Of a stretch of 64,000 nucleotides of DNA, positions 12,041 through 24,669 are shown one piece after another. The notes under the pieces were generated by a model. The model was not told the DNA's origin. It searched no databases and saw nothing but the letters and a program-made list of their open reading frames with translations. How positions within the stretch are numbered: the stretch's first letter is position 1; each line of letters opens with the position of its first letter. The DNA is from Felis catus (lineage: Eukaryota). Made by a program: the position numbers and the translations under genes. Location: the NCBI RefSeq assembly GCF_018350175.1, contig NC_058368.1:2480001-2544000 (forward strand), written 5' to 3'.

Positions 12041-13854
12041 GAAAAGAACGCTGGTGCAATTTTGATTGGGATTGCACTGAATGTGTAGATTGCTTTGGGT
12101 AGTCTTGCCATTTTAACAATATTTGTTCTTTCAATCCATGAGCATAGAATGTTTTTCCATTTCTTTGTGTCTTCTTCAATTTATTTTAATCGCTTCTCAG
12201 CCTTTTGGTTAAGATCAAGTGCAATTTCTTTCATAAGTTTTCTATAGTTTTCAGCATACAGATCTTTTACATATTTGATTAGGTTTATTCCTAAAATTTA
12301 TATGGAGCCACAAAAGACCCCGAATAGCCAAAGTAATGTTGAAAAAAAAAAAAAACCAAAGCGGAGGCATCAGCATCCTGGACTTCAGCCTCTGCTACAA
12401 AGCTATAATCCTCAAGACAGTATGGTACTGGCACAAGAACAGACATATAGACCAATGGAATAGAATACAGAACCCAGAATTGGATGTATGAAATGTATGG
12501 CCAACTAATCTTTAACAAAGCAGCAAAGAGTATCCAATGGAAAAAAGTCTCTTCAGCAAATGGTGCTGGGAGGACTGAACAGCAACACGCAGAAGAATGA
12601 AACTAGACCACTTTCTTACACCATACACAAAAATAAACTCAAAATGGATGGAAGACCTAAATGCAAGACAGGAAACCGTCAAAACCCTAGAGGAAAAAGC
12701 AGGCAACAACCTCTTTGACCTCAGCTGCAGCAACTTCTTACTCAACACGTCTCCGAAGGCAAGGGAAATAAAAGCAAAAATGAACTATTGGGACTTCATC
12801 AAGATAAAAACTTCTGCACTGCAAAAGAAACAAGCAACAAAACTAAAAGGCAACCGACAGAATGGGAGAAACTATTTGCAAATGACATATCGGATAAAGG
12901 GTTAGTATCCAAGATCTATAAAGAACTTACCAAACTCAACACCCAAAAAAACAAATAATCCAGTGAAGAAATGGGCAGAAGACATGAAAAGACACTTTTC
13001 CAAAGAAGACATCCAGATGGCCAACAGACACATGAAACGATGCTCAATGTCACTCCTCATCAGGGAAATACGAATCAAAGCCACACTGAGATATGACCTC
13101 ACACTGGTCGGAGTAGCTAAAATGAACAACTCAGGAGACTACAGATGCTGGCGAGGATGTGGAGGAACAGGAACCCTCTTGCACTGTTGGTGGGAATGCC
13201 AACTGGTGCAGCTGCTCTGGAAAACAGTGTGGAGGGTCCTCAAAAAGTTCAAAATAGAACTACCCTATGACCCAGCTAGAAATTTACCCAAGGGATGCAG
13301 GAGTGCTGATTCATAGGGGCACATGTACCCCAATGTTTATGGCAGCACTTTCAACAATAGCCAAATTATGGAAAGAGCCCAAATGTCCATCAACTGGTGA
13401 ATGGAGACAGAAGATGTGGTTTATATATACAATGAAATAATACTTGGCAATGAGAAAGAATGAAATCCTGCCATTTGCAACAACATGGATGGAACTGGAG
13501 GGTATTATGCTGAGTGAAATAAGTCAGTCAGAAAGACAGGTATCATATGTTTTCACTCATACAAGGAACTTGACAGAAGACCATGGGGAAAGGGAAGAGG
13601 AAAAAAATAGTTTCAAACAGAGAGGGAAGCAAACCCATGAGATTGAAATATAGAGAACAATTGAGGGTTGATGGGGAGACGATGGAGGGGGGAAAATGGG
13701 TGACCGGCATTGAAGAAGGCACTTGGGATTAGCACTGATGAGTATGTAAGCGATGAGTCATGGGAATCTACCCCCGAAACCAAGAACACAGTGTATACAC
13801 TGTATGTTAGCTAACTTGACAATAAATTATATAGATAAATAAATAAAAATAAAA
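12041..13854 (+). mobile_element. 5'-truncated, 5'-inverted carnivore/felid LINE-1 (ORF2 3' part, 3'UTR and A-tail; inverted arm 12041-12293)
   Basis: ORF2 peptides ([65 protein letters not shown]); AATAAA at 13821 and A-rich tail; 16-bp TSD at 12030-12045 / 13855-13870. Confidence 0.95.
12189..12221 (+). pseudogene. 3'-truncated U2 snRNA retropseudogene (U2 nt 1-33)
   Basis: ATCGCTTCTCAGCCTTTTGGTTAAGATCAAGTG vs U2 ATCGCTTCTCGGCCTTTTGGCTAAGATCAAGTG: 31/33 identical. Flanked by a 12-bp TSD, CAATTTATTTTA (12177-12188) / CAATTTCTTTCA (12222-12233). Confidence 0.9.
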
Positions 13855-14034
13855 AAATAGTGAATGAAAATTGAATAAATCACTTGAAATATGTTATTTA
13901 AATATTTAATATTTAAATTAAATATTTAAATAAATATGTTATTTAAAAAAATAATGTAAATTATGTTTCATGATAAACTAAACCATACATACTACTATAT
14001 TTAAAGTTGTAATGGTTTAGAGATTTTTATTTTT

Positions 14035-14263
14035 TTATTTTTTTTTTATAAAAATTTTTTTTTAATGTTTTATTTATGAGACAGAGAAAAACAGAGCATG
14101 AGCAGTAGAGGGGCAGAGAGAGAAGGGGACACAGAATCTGAAGCAGGCTCTAGGCTCTAAGCTGTCAGCACAGAGCCCGACGCAGGGTTCGAACTCATGA
14201 ACTGCAAGATCGTGACCTGAGCCAAAGTCGGATGCTCAACCGACTGAGCCACCCAGGTGCCCC
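14035..14263 (-). mobile_element. CanSINE (felid SINEC) inserted in the tail of an older CanSINE
   Basis: TSD TAGAGATTTTTATTTTT at 14018 and 14264. Confidence 0.93.
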
Positions 14264-14371
14264 TAGAGATTTTTATTTTTAAGTTATCTCTATACTCAGC
14301 GTGTGGCTGAAACCCATGACCCTGAGATCAAAAGTTTTGTGTTCTACAGACTGAGCCAGCCAGCCGCCTCT
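14264..14371 (-). mobile_element. Older short CanSINE (no CT tract)
   Basis: catgaccctgagatcaaaagt...ctacagactgagccagccagccgcc. Confidence 0.8.
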
Positions 14372-14636
14372 CAAGTTTTAATAGTTTAACTACAATCAGT
14401 AACTTTCACTAACTCAGAACATTAATATTTTCAGCCATTTTAAAAGTGAACATATTTTATTCATTTTACCCTTCCAAAAATCACCAAAAACTCTGACATG
14501 ATTTTAAAGAGTAATTTCAGCCAAGTTCGGAAACTAAAGATTAAGGGAATTTAACAAGCTTATTTTCTCCATAGACCTAGTGTTTGAGGAACTTGATCAG
14601 AATTTGTGGCAGAACTCATACCAGTATCGTCTAGAC

Positions 14637-14845
14637 CAGGGTTTCTTAACCTTCGCACTATTGACATTTGGGGGTGGATCATTCTTCGTTGTGGGATCCT
14701 GTCTTGTGCACTGTAGAATGTTCAGTAGCACCCCGGCCTCTACCGTGTAACCTCAAGTGTAGCCACCAAAAATGTGTCCAGAGAATGTCAGAAAGCCCCT
14801 TGGGTGGGGGTGGGGGTGCAAAATCACCCCAGTTGAGAACCCCTG
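14637..14845 (-). mobile_element. MER20 (hAT-Charlie) DNA transposon
   Basis: Terminal inverted repeats cagggtttcttaacc / agttgagaacccctg; 8-bp TSD GTCTAGAC/GTGTAGAC; internal sequence matches MER20 as recalled. Confidence 0.9.
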
Positions 14846-15314
14846 GTGTAGACACATAAGGCACGAGGAAGGCTAGTCACATAAATAAGGGACCATAGGC
14901 TAAAATAAATTTAAATAAGAGATCGTCTAATAACAATAAAGTTTGATGAAGAAAAACAGTCGAAAACCTTGGGAGCCTACAGTGTGGGAGTGATAGCTCT
15001 TCTCCACCTTTGGCCTCCTCACATTTGACATTGTGGTTCCCAGGGAGCGGATTTTGCTTTTCACCGATTTTTGCCGTGCCTCGCTACCTTGGTCGTCACC
15101 AAATTTAAAACAACCACCTACCTGAAATAAGAATATGTCAAGTGTAAAGTTCCCAATCGACCAAGCGTTGCGTTGAGCAGGCCTTGGAAGGAAGACAGGG
15201 ATGGAGCAAGGGCACTATTTCCTAAGAGTTCCGTGTTTGGTGAGGTCTGAGATGAGCTGAGAAAGTAGTCGCGTTAACTAAATCAGCAGAGGTGGGAGAG
15301 AATATTGAGAGGCT

Positions 15315-15690
15315 CTGAGGGTCAGTTTGATGTGTCCAGTTGGCGAGGCTATCGTTCCCAGTTATTTAACCAAACGCTTATCTAGGTGTTGCTCTGAGGT
15401 ATTTCATACACGTGGCTAACACGTATAATCAGCTGACTCTAAGTAAAGATTATCCCGAATAATATGGGTGGGCCTGCGCCAATCAGTTGAAAGCCTTTCA
15501 CAACATTAACTGAGGTTTCCCTGGGGTGGGAAACCTTTGGCCTGTCCACAGCAGCTTCAGCTTTTGCTCCCGAGTTTCTGGCTCGCAGGCCTGCCCCACA
15601 GGGTTTGAACTCGCCTTGCCGGCCCTCACAGTTGTTGGAATATGTATCCCTCCCTCCCCCTCCCTCTCTCGCTCCCTCCTCTGTTTCTCC
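15315..15690 (+). mobile_element. MLT2-type (ERVL) LTR, more diverged
   Basis: ctaggtgttgct, gactctaagtaaagattatcc and gggtgggcct...ccaatcagttgaaagcc motifs shared with the LTR at 11319. Confidence 0.75.
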
Positions 15691-18600
15691 TTAAGCCTTA
15701 ATGCTCAAGCTGACTTACAACAGAAGAACAACCACCGTTTATTATCAAGGGACAGAAGGAAGACAGGCCTCTGTCTCATTTATTCTGTCTCCTTCTGGAG
15801 TCTGGCACGTGGTGCTCAATAAGTGATGAGTTGAATGAAGCACGTCATATTAGCAATTGCTGCAAACACCTCTGGAGCTTCTAAAACAACATTTTAAATG
15901 TCTTTGCTGGGAAGTGGGTAATTTCTATGAAAAAGGCATCGTCTGGCTTTCAAAAAAAAAGTATTCTCATATAAGTCACATTAAACACACTGTTGAAAAT
16001 GTGGGAAACGGAAGGCACACACACTCGCGTTCGCGATCAGAACATGACTCGCGTCAGCTTTCGGTGCATTTCCTGGAGGCTCCTCTCCTCCTGAACCCCC
16101 ACCCCGTGCAAATGTTTTTGTGCAGAGGCAGTCACGCTGTGTTTAAAATTTCTCCCAGCTTCCTCTCTTGATACGACTTAATCTTCATAAATCTCATTTT
16201 CTCTTTGTTTATTTAGTTTTCTGTTGAAAAAAGCAAAATCGATTAGCGCTCATTAATAAGATGTAACTTTGTGGGGCCCTTTCCGATGCGCGACCTTTTC
16301 CACGGGCTCTCTTTTTATCCTGCAAACAGGCATAGGGCAAGTCTTTTCATCCCCGGGCTACAGGTGAGGAAACTGGCCTGGGAGTCCCTGAAGAGCTTGT
16401 CCAGTCTGCCCCATGGCGGGCCTTCTGAAATCTCCGCTCTTTCTCCTTTGCCACGCAGTCTTGTTTTGCTTCTTTTTCGCCATCTTCTCTTTCGTGGCTA
16501 TCGGGATTGATGGGTTGAGAGAGCAGTCCTGTTCATCTTGTTCTGTGAGAAAGAAGGTGCAAAGGCTCAGTAGCTCCTTCCACATTGTGTCGTATGGTGT
16601 CAGTGTTTTCCCGCAACTTGACAAAGCGAAGCGCGCCTTTTTTCTTGAGGGGCGTGACGATTCCTGTTTTCACATTTAGGTCACATCCCAATGATGTTTA
16701 CCGAGGAAAAGCGAACTCTGGAGAGCCACGGTTTTAGGCTTTGGGTTAGGCGCTGGTAACCATCCCACTCGAAATCCACGTAATCGGATACGTACTTAAG
16801 ACGGACAGACAAGAGTGCCACATCATCACCCAACTCCGTTGGAAGGGCGCAAAGTAAAATGAATAGCTGAGTGCATAAATAGGTACAATTCAGCTACGAT
16901 TAAAGAAATGCTCAGAGATTAAGAATGAGCACAGCGAGCTGAATCTCTTTTTCACATGAAGAAGTAACTCCGAATACAGCATTCTCTCCATTGGGGGTAT
17001 ACTCAGAAATACTAAGGAACTTCTGCTGTTTTGCTGTGTCCTGAAGCAAATCGTGCCACATTAGAATAAACAATTCCCTTACATTAAATATATTACATGA
17101 AAAAATAAACAAACAATTCCCAAATATGGCTGAGTAAAATCGCATGTGATCACATTAGAGCACGAAAACATGACTTGACTTCCTTTGCCCTCAAGGAGCT
17201 CACGTGTACTGCAAATAATAATGCCCCCCCCCCCCAGCATTACCTGTCTGTGGTGATGTCGTGTGCTGAGCGTGGCTCTAGTTTTGAGTTTTCTTTGAAC
17301 CCACACTGTGTATTCTTGAGTCTCGCACACAAGCTGATATTAACTGTGCTTCTTCTGGGTTTGACCAGTTTATGACTAAGACTTGCTCTCCTCCCCTCTC
17401 CGATTTCTAAAAGAATTGCACTGATGCTGGGAGAGGATTTCTGACCATAGGGACTTCCTGAATCTCCTTCAGAGAATACCACGTAAGTGTTGCCGGCTAC
17501 CACGCCAGAGACCAGCTCGGTTTAATAGCAGCTACTCTGCCACAGTGACAGGGGCTTTGTCGAATTGCAGAAGCTATCTAGAAGGCACTTAAAGATGGTG
17601 TACATTCCACTTCTTTGAAAGGTCAGCTTGGGAAACCTGCCTAGAGAGATAGTAAGGATAAACATATCCTCCCAGCTCTGTAATATCGAGAAGCCAGCAT
17701 GGTTCTCTAGAGGTAAGTTTACATACCAGCATAATTCATGAAATTAATGTGCCGGGAGGTTCATAAAGGGTACAGTTTGTTCTCTGTATTTGAGAGTCTC
17801 TTATGGTTCGTCCCTCTCTCTGTTTTCTATTTGTTTGTGTGTTTTTTGTTTTTTGTTTTGATTTTGCATTTCTTCCAATCAGTAACCCGGTGGAAAACTG
17901 CTGTCTGAGGTGAATGTTTCACAAATGCTGTAAACCCGCCTTTATGAAGATCTCAGGTGATTCACCAATAACCTGAAATCAGCCTGAATCTGCGTGCATT
18001 CAAGCATTCTCGTAAGCGGAGACTAACAAGCGTGAGTCAGTTGTTGGAGACTATGCTGTGTAGCCTGGCAAATAAGCTCCCATTTGTTTTCATGTCCTTC
18101 ATATAGAGGGACTGCGGACAAGCCAGGTCTCAGAAGAACGGAGGAGAACCCTCCTCCCTTTCCCGTGGGCGGTTGTGCCCAACGGGTGTGGCTTCAGAGA
18201 TGTCCCGCCGAGTCGGGTACCCTAGTTTACCCTATGCCACGGACCTGGTAAATGTTGGGATAGTGGATGTGTCACACCCTCGAAAACTACAAAACATCGT
18301 GACATATAAGGTAGAATGCTTTTCGTAATAATCCTGTCATCTTCAGAAATAAAATGTGAAACTTCTGCTTGTGGATACTGTGCAGTTACCTGAGGCCGGC
18401 CAGTAACTCCACTGTAACAACTAGGAAAACCTAGAGAAATTACAAAAATGAATCTGGAAAGGCGCCCCTGGGTTGTGGAAGAAATGAGTAGTAGATGAAC
18501 TAAGATCACAGAGAGAGAGAAATTGTTTGCAGGTAAGCTGCAGACCCACGGATGTTTTTGGCCCTGGTGACATTTATTGATTCTGGGCACAGGTTGAGGA

Positions 18601-18910
18601 TCAGGCGTGGCTCGGGCAGAGGGTCCTAGTAAAGGTAAGAGAAACCAACAAAGCTCTAACCAACTGGGGGCCTAGTGTGAAAATATTACAAACTTGAGGG
18701 GCTTCACCCTCAAAGCTGGTTTTCTCCACAAGACGTTTGCTGAGTTCTCAGGGTTCATAGGATGCGGGGAAGTGAAGCTGAAAGTTTCTAAGGGGCAAAT
18801 GAAACCTCCCACAGGCTTATGTTCTTAAAAAGCAAGATGCCTCTGGGGAATCGGGCCCGCTTCAAGCACATGGCTGTTTCTTCCTGGCCTTAAGGCGTTT
18901 GCCAGATTTT

Positions 18911-19082
18911 GGGATTCCTGGGTTAAGCATCGGACTTCAGCTCAGGTCATGATCTCACGGTTCGTGAGTTAGGGCCCCACTTCGGGCTCTGTGTTGACAG
19001 CTCAGAGCCTGGAGCCTGTTTCCGATTCGGTGTTTCCCTCTCTCTCTGCACCCCCCCCCCCAAATAAACATTAAAAAAAAAG
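18911..19082 (+). mobile_element. CanSINE (felid SINEC) with deletions
   Basis: SINEC body; TSD TTTGCCAGATTTT on both sides. Confidence 0.9.
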
Positions 19083-19513
19083 ACTTTTGCCAGATTTTGA
19101 AGCTTTGAAAGGGTGAGGAACCTGGAAAGTTGGTTTGAAAATGTCTGACTCTTCTAGAGTTGAGGAAACAGACACCCCCTGGGCTCTCCATCAGAAGTAG
19201 GGAGGGCTATACTCAAGGAACTGGGTGAACCAAAGATCTGTAGAGTCTTACTAAAACTGCAACCCAGCCCCAGCCCAGTTCAATTATTGATTGGATTCAC
19301 ATGATCAGCCACTCATATCTAAGAAGAAAAGGGACACGCTCTCTAGTGGAATATAGCATCAGCAGGAACTTACATATTTCTAAATATCTGCCATACAATC
19401 AATAATATCTAGACATGCATGGATATAAATTAATATAGGCTGTACAAAAGTAAACATTTTCTAGATGTTTTCTCCCACTCTAAAGAGATTTTGATGTAAG
19501 TGGAAAAGCAACT

Positions 19514-19727
19514 ATTTATTTTTAAGTCAGTTTTTTTTAAGTTTATTTATTTTGAGAGAGACAGAGCGAGTGAGGGAGGAGCAGAGAGAGGGAGAGAGAG
19601 AGAGAATCCCAAACAGGCTCTGAGCACAGAGTCAGACTTGGGGCTCAAACTCATGAAACTGTGAGATCATGAACTGAGCTGAAACCAAGAGTCAGCTTCT
19701 TAACTGACTGAGCCACCCAGGCGCCCC
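19514..19727 (-). mobile_element. CanSINE
   Basis: Antisense body ending gagccacccaggcgcccc; TSD GAAAAGCAACT. Confidence 0.92.
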
Positions 19728-20134
19728 AGAAAAGCAACTCTTGAATAAAAGTATGACGTTTCTGTTAGTAGGTAGATAATTGGAATGAGATGCCTCTTCT
19801 TTTTCACTCATCCTTTACCTCATTTGATATAGGACTTCCAGAAATGTCAGTCACACCTCTGATATTATTTTATGCTTCTTAATGTAACTTTATTTTATAC
19901 TTTTTCTGTTCTTCCTATGTCTTATGTTTTTAGGTACTTATTAAATATTACAAACTTGGCAATTAAAAAGCATCAAACTATAAGAAACGAAGTAGATAGA
20001 TGTTCCGTTAAATTTAGCATTCTTATTAATGATAACCAAAGGCAGAGTTAGGAAAAAAAAATAGAGAAGAGAATATAGACAGATAACTCAGTGGGAATCT
20101 GGTTACAAATTAATCTTAAACTGCAAAGAATTAG

Positions 20135-20355
20135 GAGTGGAGAACGCAGACTTTTGCGTTGGAAGGTCCGTGTTAGGATCCTGCTTCATCGCTGTTCAGC
20201 TGTGTGACTTCAGTCAAGTGTCTTAACCCCTCTAACCCTTAGTTTCTTCAACCCTAACAAGCAGAGGTAATAATGTCTAATTTGTAGTATAATAAAGTTT
20301 TAAATGAAATAGGGCAAGTGAAATTCTTGGCGTGTATTGAGTGATAACTATTATT
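20135..20355 (+). mobile_element. MIR
   Basis: agctgtgtgacttcagtcaagtgtcttaacccctct...agtttcttca core. Confidence 0.75.
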
Positions 20356-21285
20356 GTTGCTGTTGTTACTTATACCCCATCCATATTCTAAAAGTGGGGG
20401 TGGGGGGAAGTAGAGAAAGAGGCAAGAAAAAGAGCTAAAATGAGTTATGCTGGAGTGACCAAAAGGAAAGTGGAGAGGCTTGGGAATGGAGAGGCAAACA
20501 AGGAGGGGAGGTTACGGTAGGAAGTTGGGCAGCTTTGCAGGCCGTGAGAATGAACTCGGAGTGGAAGGTGGGACATTTTGAACCGGCAATGTGATCTAAT
20601 ATTGGGACAATTACAAGTGAAGAAAGTCCTAGGACTTTGCTGGTCACATTTTATGATAGGAGAAATCAGGAGAGGCAGAAAGGTAAAAGGAACCGGGAAA
20701 ATGCTGAACACTGCTAAGGACACACAAGAATTATCCTGAAAGAGACGGGAAGGAGCAGCATCTGGAGATTGACTCTATTACATTTTCAGAGATGTGTTAT
20801 TTCACGAACCTGGGTCGTGTGCAGAAAAGTCTTCCCTGATCACATTTTCTGCAGCTCCTCCCAAGACCAGGTGCTGTACTTCCATTCCTTACAAAGAGGA
20901 ATATGTAATTACGTAAAAAAGTTAAGCCGTGCTTATGTTTTTGTAAAGAAATGCTACATTCGTGTGGTTCAAGATGGTAAGAAAGTGTATGCAGTGAAAA
21001 TTCTCCCTCCTATTCATTGTCCCCTAGGTATATGATTTTCAGCAGACAAGCAAAGCTATTGTCTTTGTTTCTTATATATATTTCTAGAGATATTATTTAT
21101 ATGTATTAATATAAAGGTTTTCCTTTAGGACATAAATGATGCCATAACACATACACTGTTCTGGACTGTATTTTTCTCCTCAACAGTATTCTTTGGAGTT
21201 TAGTCCATGGTAGCATACAAAAACCTTCCCTATTTTTTTTTTTCCTTTACCAAGCTGCTTGAGATTCTATTTTATGGAATTATTT

Positions 21286-21509
21286 AAAAAAAATTTTTTT
21301 TGATGTTTATTTATTTTTGACAGAGACAGAGACAGAGACAGAGCATGAGCGGGGGAAGGCAGAAAGAGAGGGAGACACAGAATCTGAAACAGGCTCCAGG
21401 CTCCGAGCTGTCAGCACAGAGCCCGACGCGGGGCTTAAACTCACGAACTGCGAGATCATGACCTGAGCCGAAGTCGGACGCTCAACCGACTGAGCCACCC
21501 AAGCGCCCC
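21286..21509 (-). mobile_element. CanSINE (felid SINEC)
   Basis: Perfect 13-bp TSD TATGGAATTATTT (21273, 21510). Confidence 0.95.
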
Positions 21510-21545
21510 TATGGAATTATTTTAATTCATGTAACCAGTCATTCA

Positions 21546-21715
21546 TTTTTTAAACTTTATTTATTTTGAGAGAGAGAGTGTGCACGCATGCTTATGAGTC
21601 GGGGAGAGAGTGGCGCAGAGCCCCATGTGGGGCTCAGTCTCATGTACCCTGAGATCATGACCTGAGCCAAAACCAAGAATCAGACACCCAACTGACTGAG
21701 ACACCCGGATGCCCC
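21546..21715 (-). mobile_element. CanSINE, diverged
   Basis: Antisense head tgagatcatgacctgagcc...actgactgagacacccggatgcccc. Confidence 0.85.
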
Positions 21716-22831
21716 ATAACCTGTTCCTGATGGACACATGAACTGTTTCCAGTCTTTTGCGACTACAAAGAGTGCTACGGTGAGGAATCTTGTGCACACA
21801 GGATTTTGTACATGTGTATATAGATACTGAAGATAAATTTCCAGAAGAGAGATCGTTGAGTCAAAGGATCTGTGCAGTTGTGATATATAAGTAGATATTA
21901 TCAAAAGTGCCCTTCCTCAAGGCTGTGACAACTTCATCTCCACAGTGATATATGAGAGCATCTGAATTCCCCAAACTCTTAACACAGTATTTTATATTAT
22001 TTTTTAAATAGTTGTCAAATTATAGCAAAAATGGTATATCTGCAGTTTTATTTTACATTTCTTTTATTATAAATGGAATTGAAACTATTTACTAATGTTT
22101 AAGAACCATTTGTATTTTCTGTAAACTATTCTATCATTAGTATTTTTCTTTTGTCCCCCCAACACTTTAAATATGTCATTCCACTCTCCTCTTGCTTGCA
22201 TGGTTTCTGAAGAAAAGTCCAATGTGATTCTTTTCTTTGTTCCTCTATAGGGAGGATTCCCCGCCCCCCCCTCTAGTCTTTTTCAAGATTTTCTCTTTGT
22301 CTTTGTCTACACTGTAGACATGGAAATATGTTGAGCGTGAGGTACACTGTACATTTTTTTGGGTTTGTCCTACTTACTGTTCTCTGACCTTCCTAGACCT
22401 GTGGCTTAGAGTCTGTCATTAAGTTTGGAAATTTCTTAAGTGTTATCTCTTCAAATATTTCTTCTGTGTTTCTCTCTTTTTTCTCCTTCTAGTATTCCAA
22501 TTACATGTGTGATACTTCCTTTGTCGTTTTCCCACAGTTCCTGGATATTCTGTTCCATTGTTTTCTTTCTTTTATCTCCGCGTTTCAATTTGAGGAGTTG
22601 CTGTTGACATGTATTCCGAGCTCACTGGTTCCTTCCTCCACTGTGTTCAGTGCCCTGCTGAAGCCGTCAAAGGCCTCCTTCATTTGTGTTGCAGTGTTTC
22701 GGGTTTCTCGCACTGCCCGTAGATTCTTCCCTCTACCTTTCTCTTTTCTGCTTTCATCACCTATTGGTTCTTGCATGTTATCCACTTTTTCCATTAGAGA
22801 CCTTAACCTATTAATGATGTTTTTTTCAAAA

Positions 22832-23031
22832 AAATTTGTAACATTTATTTGTGAGAGACAGAGCACAAGCGAGGGAGGGGCAGAGGGAGAGGGAGACACA
22901 GAATCCAAAGCAGGCTCCAGGTTCTGAGCTGTCAGCACAGAGGCCAGTGTGGGGCTCAAACCCACGAACCTGTGAAGATCATGACTTGAGCCAAGGACGG
23001 ATGCTTAACTGACTGAACCACCAGGTGCCCC
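22832..23031 (-). mobile_element. CanSINE (felid SINEC) inside the L1M ORF1 fragment
   Basis: Antisense SINEC body with a degenerate TSD. Confidence 0.9.
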
Positions 23032-24669
23032 TAGTGATGGTTATTTCAAATTCCTGGTGTGATAATTCCAAAACTTCTAACTCTTACTTTGTACACTGTG
23101 CTTTTTTTTTTTTTAACCTTTTAACCTTTTTGTGGAAAGCTGGATATGATGTATTGGGTAAAAATTACTTAGGTAGACAAGCCTTTTGTGTGAGATTTTA
23201 TATTTATCTGGCCAAGAGTTAGGCTGTTTTTACTGTTTGCAGTTGCTGTGGGGTCAGGGACTAAAATTTCTTCCGGTGTCTTTTTCATCTCCCTTGTTTT
23301 ATCTGGGAGGCTTCCTAAATAAGGTCTGAGTCTTGCTGTTCTTTCAGCTCTAATAATCCCTGTATTATGCTGGAGCCCTCTGGATGTCGTGGAAAGATGT
23401 AGAGGCAGGGGAAGTGTTCTCTAGTCCTATGACTAGGTCTCAGTCTTTTAGGAATCCCGAACTGGGTATTTCCTTTTCCCCACAGTGAGGTCTAAAGGGG
23501 GCTGGAGGGAATGATGACTTCCCCGTCTTTACATGTCAGACTAGAAAACAGAAGTCATATTTTTCTTATTGATTTATAGGAGCTCTTTATATATTAGGGA
23601 AATGAGTTCTTTATCTTGATATGAGATGGACATTTTTTCCATTTTGTCATTTATCTTCTGAATTTGTGTTTTCCCTCCATGCAGTGAAACAATGTTTTGT
23701 CTGTGGTAGAATTTGTCATTATTCCCTTTCGGGCATTTGGATTCTGTGATACAATTAGTAAGAACTTCACTACTGAGATTATGAAGGAATTCTTCCATTG
23801 TTTCTTTTATGGTTTTATTTTTTAATATTGAAGTATTTGCTCCATTTAGGTTTTATCCTCACGTAAAGTGTGAGGAATAGATATTATTTTTTCCCAGCTG
23901 TCTATTCAGTTGTTTCAAAACCATTTGCTCAATAGTTCATTCCCCACCTCCCCTGATTGCTTATCATGTATTAAATTATACAATGTATTCAGGTCTATTT
24001 CTGTGATTTCTATTCGGTGTCATTGCTTTATCTATATGACAACACTACTCTCTGTTTTGAGTGTTATAGCTTTAAAATATTTAAAAATATTGTATGGCTA
24101 GTTACCTTCTTATTTTTCTTGTCAATTTCAAACATTTTTTTGGTCAATTTAAAATGAATTTTCTATATTAACTTTAGCATCCGAGTTTCTAATTAAAAAA
24201 CATATTGGTTGTTTTTGTGTTCATGTTAAGTTTTTAGATTAATTTAGGAATGATTATGTATTTATGAAATTGAATTTTTTCAATCTGAGAACACTACCTG
24301 CCTTTCTATTTGTTGAGTTCTTCTTTTGTGTCCCTAGAGAGCTTTAAATGTGTTTCTTCATGCAGACCTTGCACATTTTTGTTAATTGTATTCCTGGAAA
24401 TTTATCTTTCTTGTTCCCCCCGTATTGTAACTATGGCCTTTATTCCTTCATTATGTCTTTTAACTAGTTGTTCTTGTATACATCTAAGCAATTTACTTCT
24501 GTGTAAATTTTTTTTATATTTATATTTATTTAATGCAAACATGCCATTTATAAAAATTTATAATATATGTATATACGTGCATATATGTCTATGCTAGTAT
24601 ATGCTTAGTATATGCACAGTATAGTATGCATATAGTATATGCTCGTATATGCTTATTATACTAGAGGGT

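Larger units (their letters stand above)
20990..24540 (-). mobile_element. Mosaic of ancient antisense L1M fragments (ORF2/3' end pieces plus an ORF1 piece)
   Basis: Antisense ORF2 motifs at 21716-22130 and 23560-24500. The minus-strand peptide LMEKVDNMQE...TQMKEAFDG...LNTVEEGTSEL (about 22600-22800) resembles the L1M ORF1 coiled coil. Confidence 0.75.

Noticed and set aside
12597..13653. Functional reverse transcriptase / ORF2 gene
   Set aside because: Frameshifted, 5'-truncated L1 remnant with no ORF1, endonuclease or RT core.
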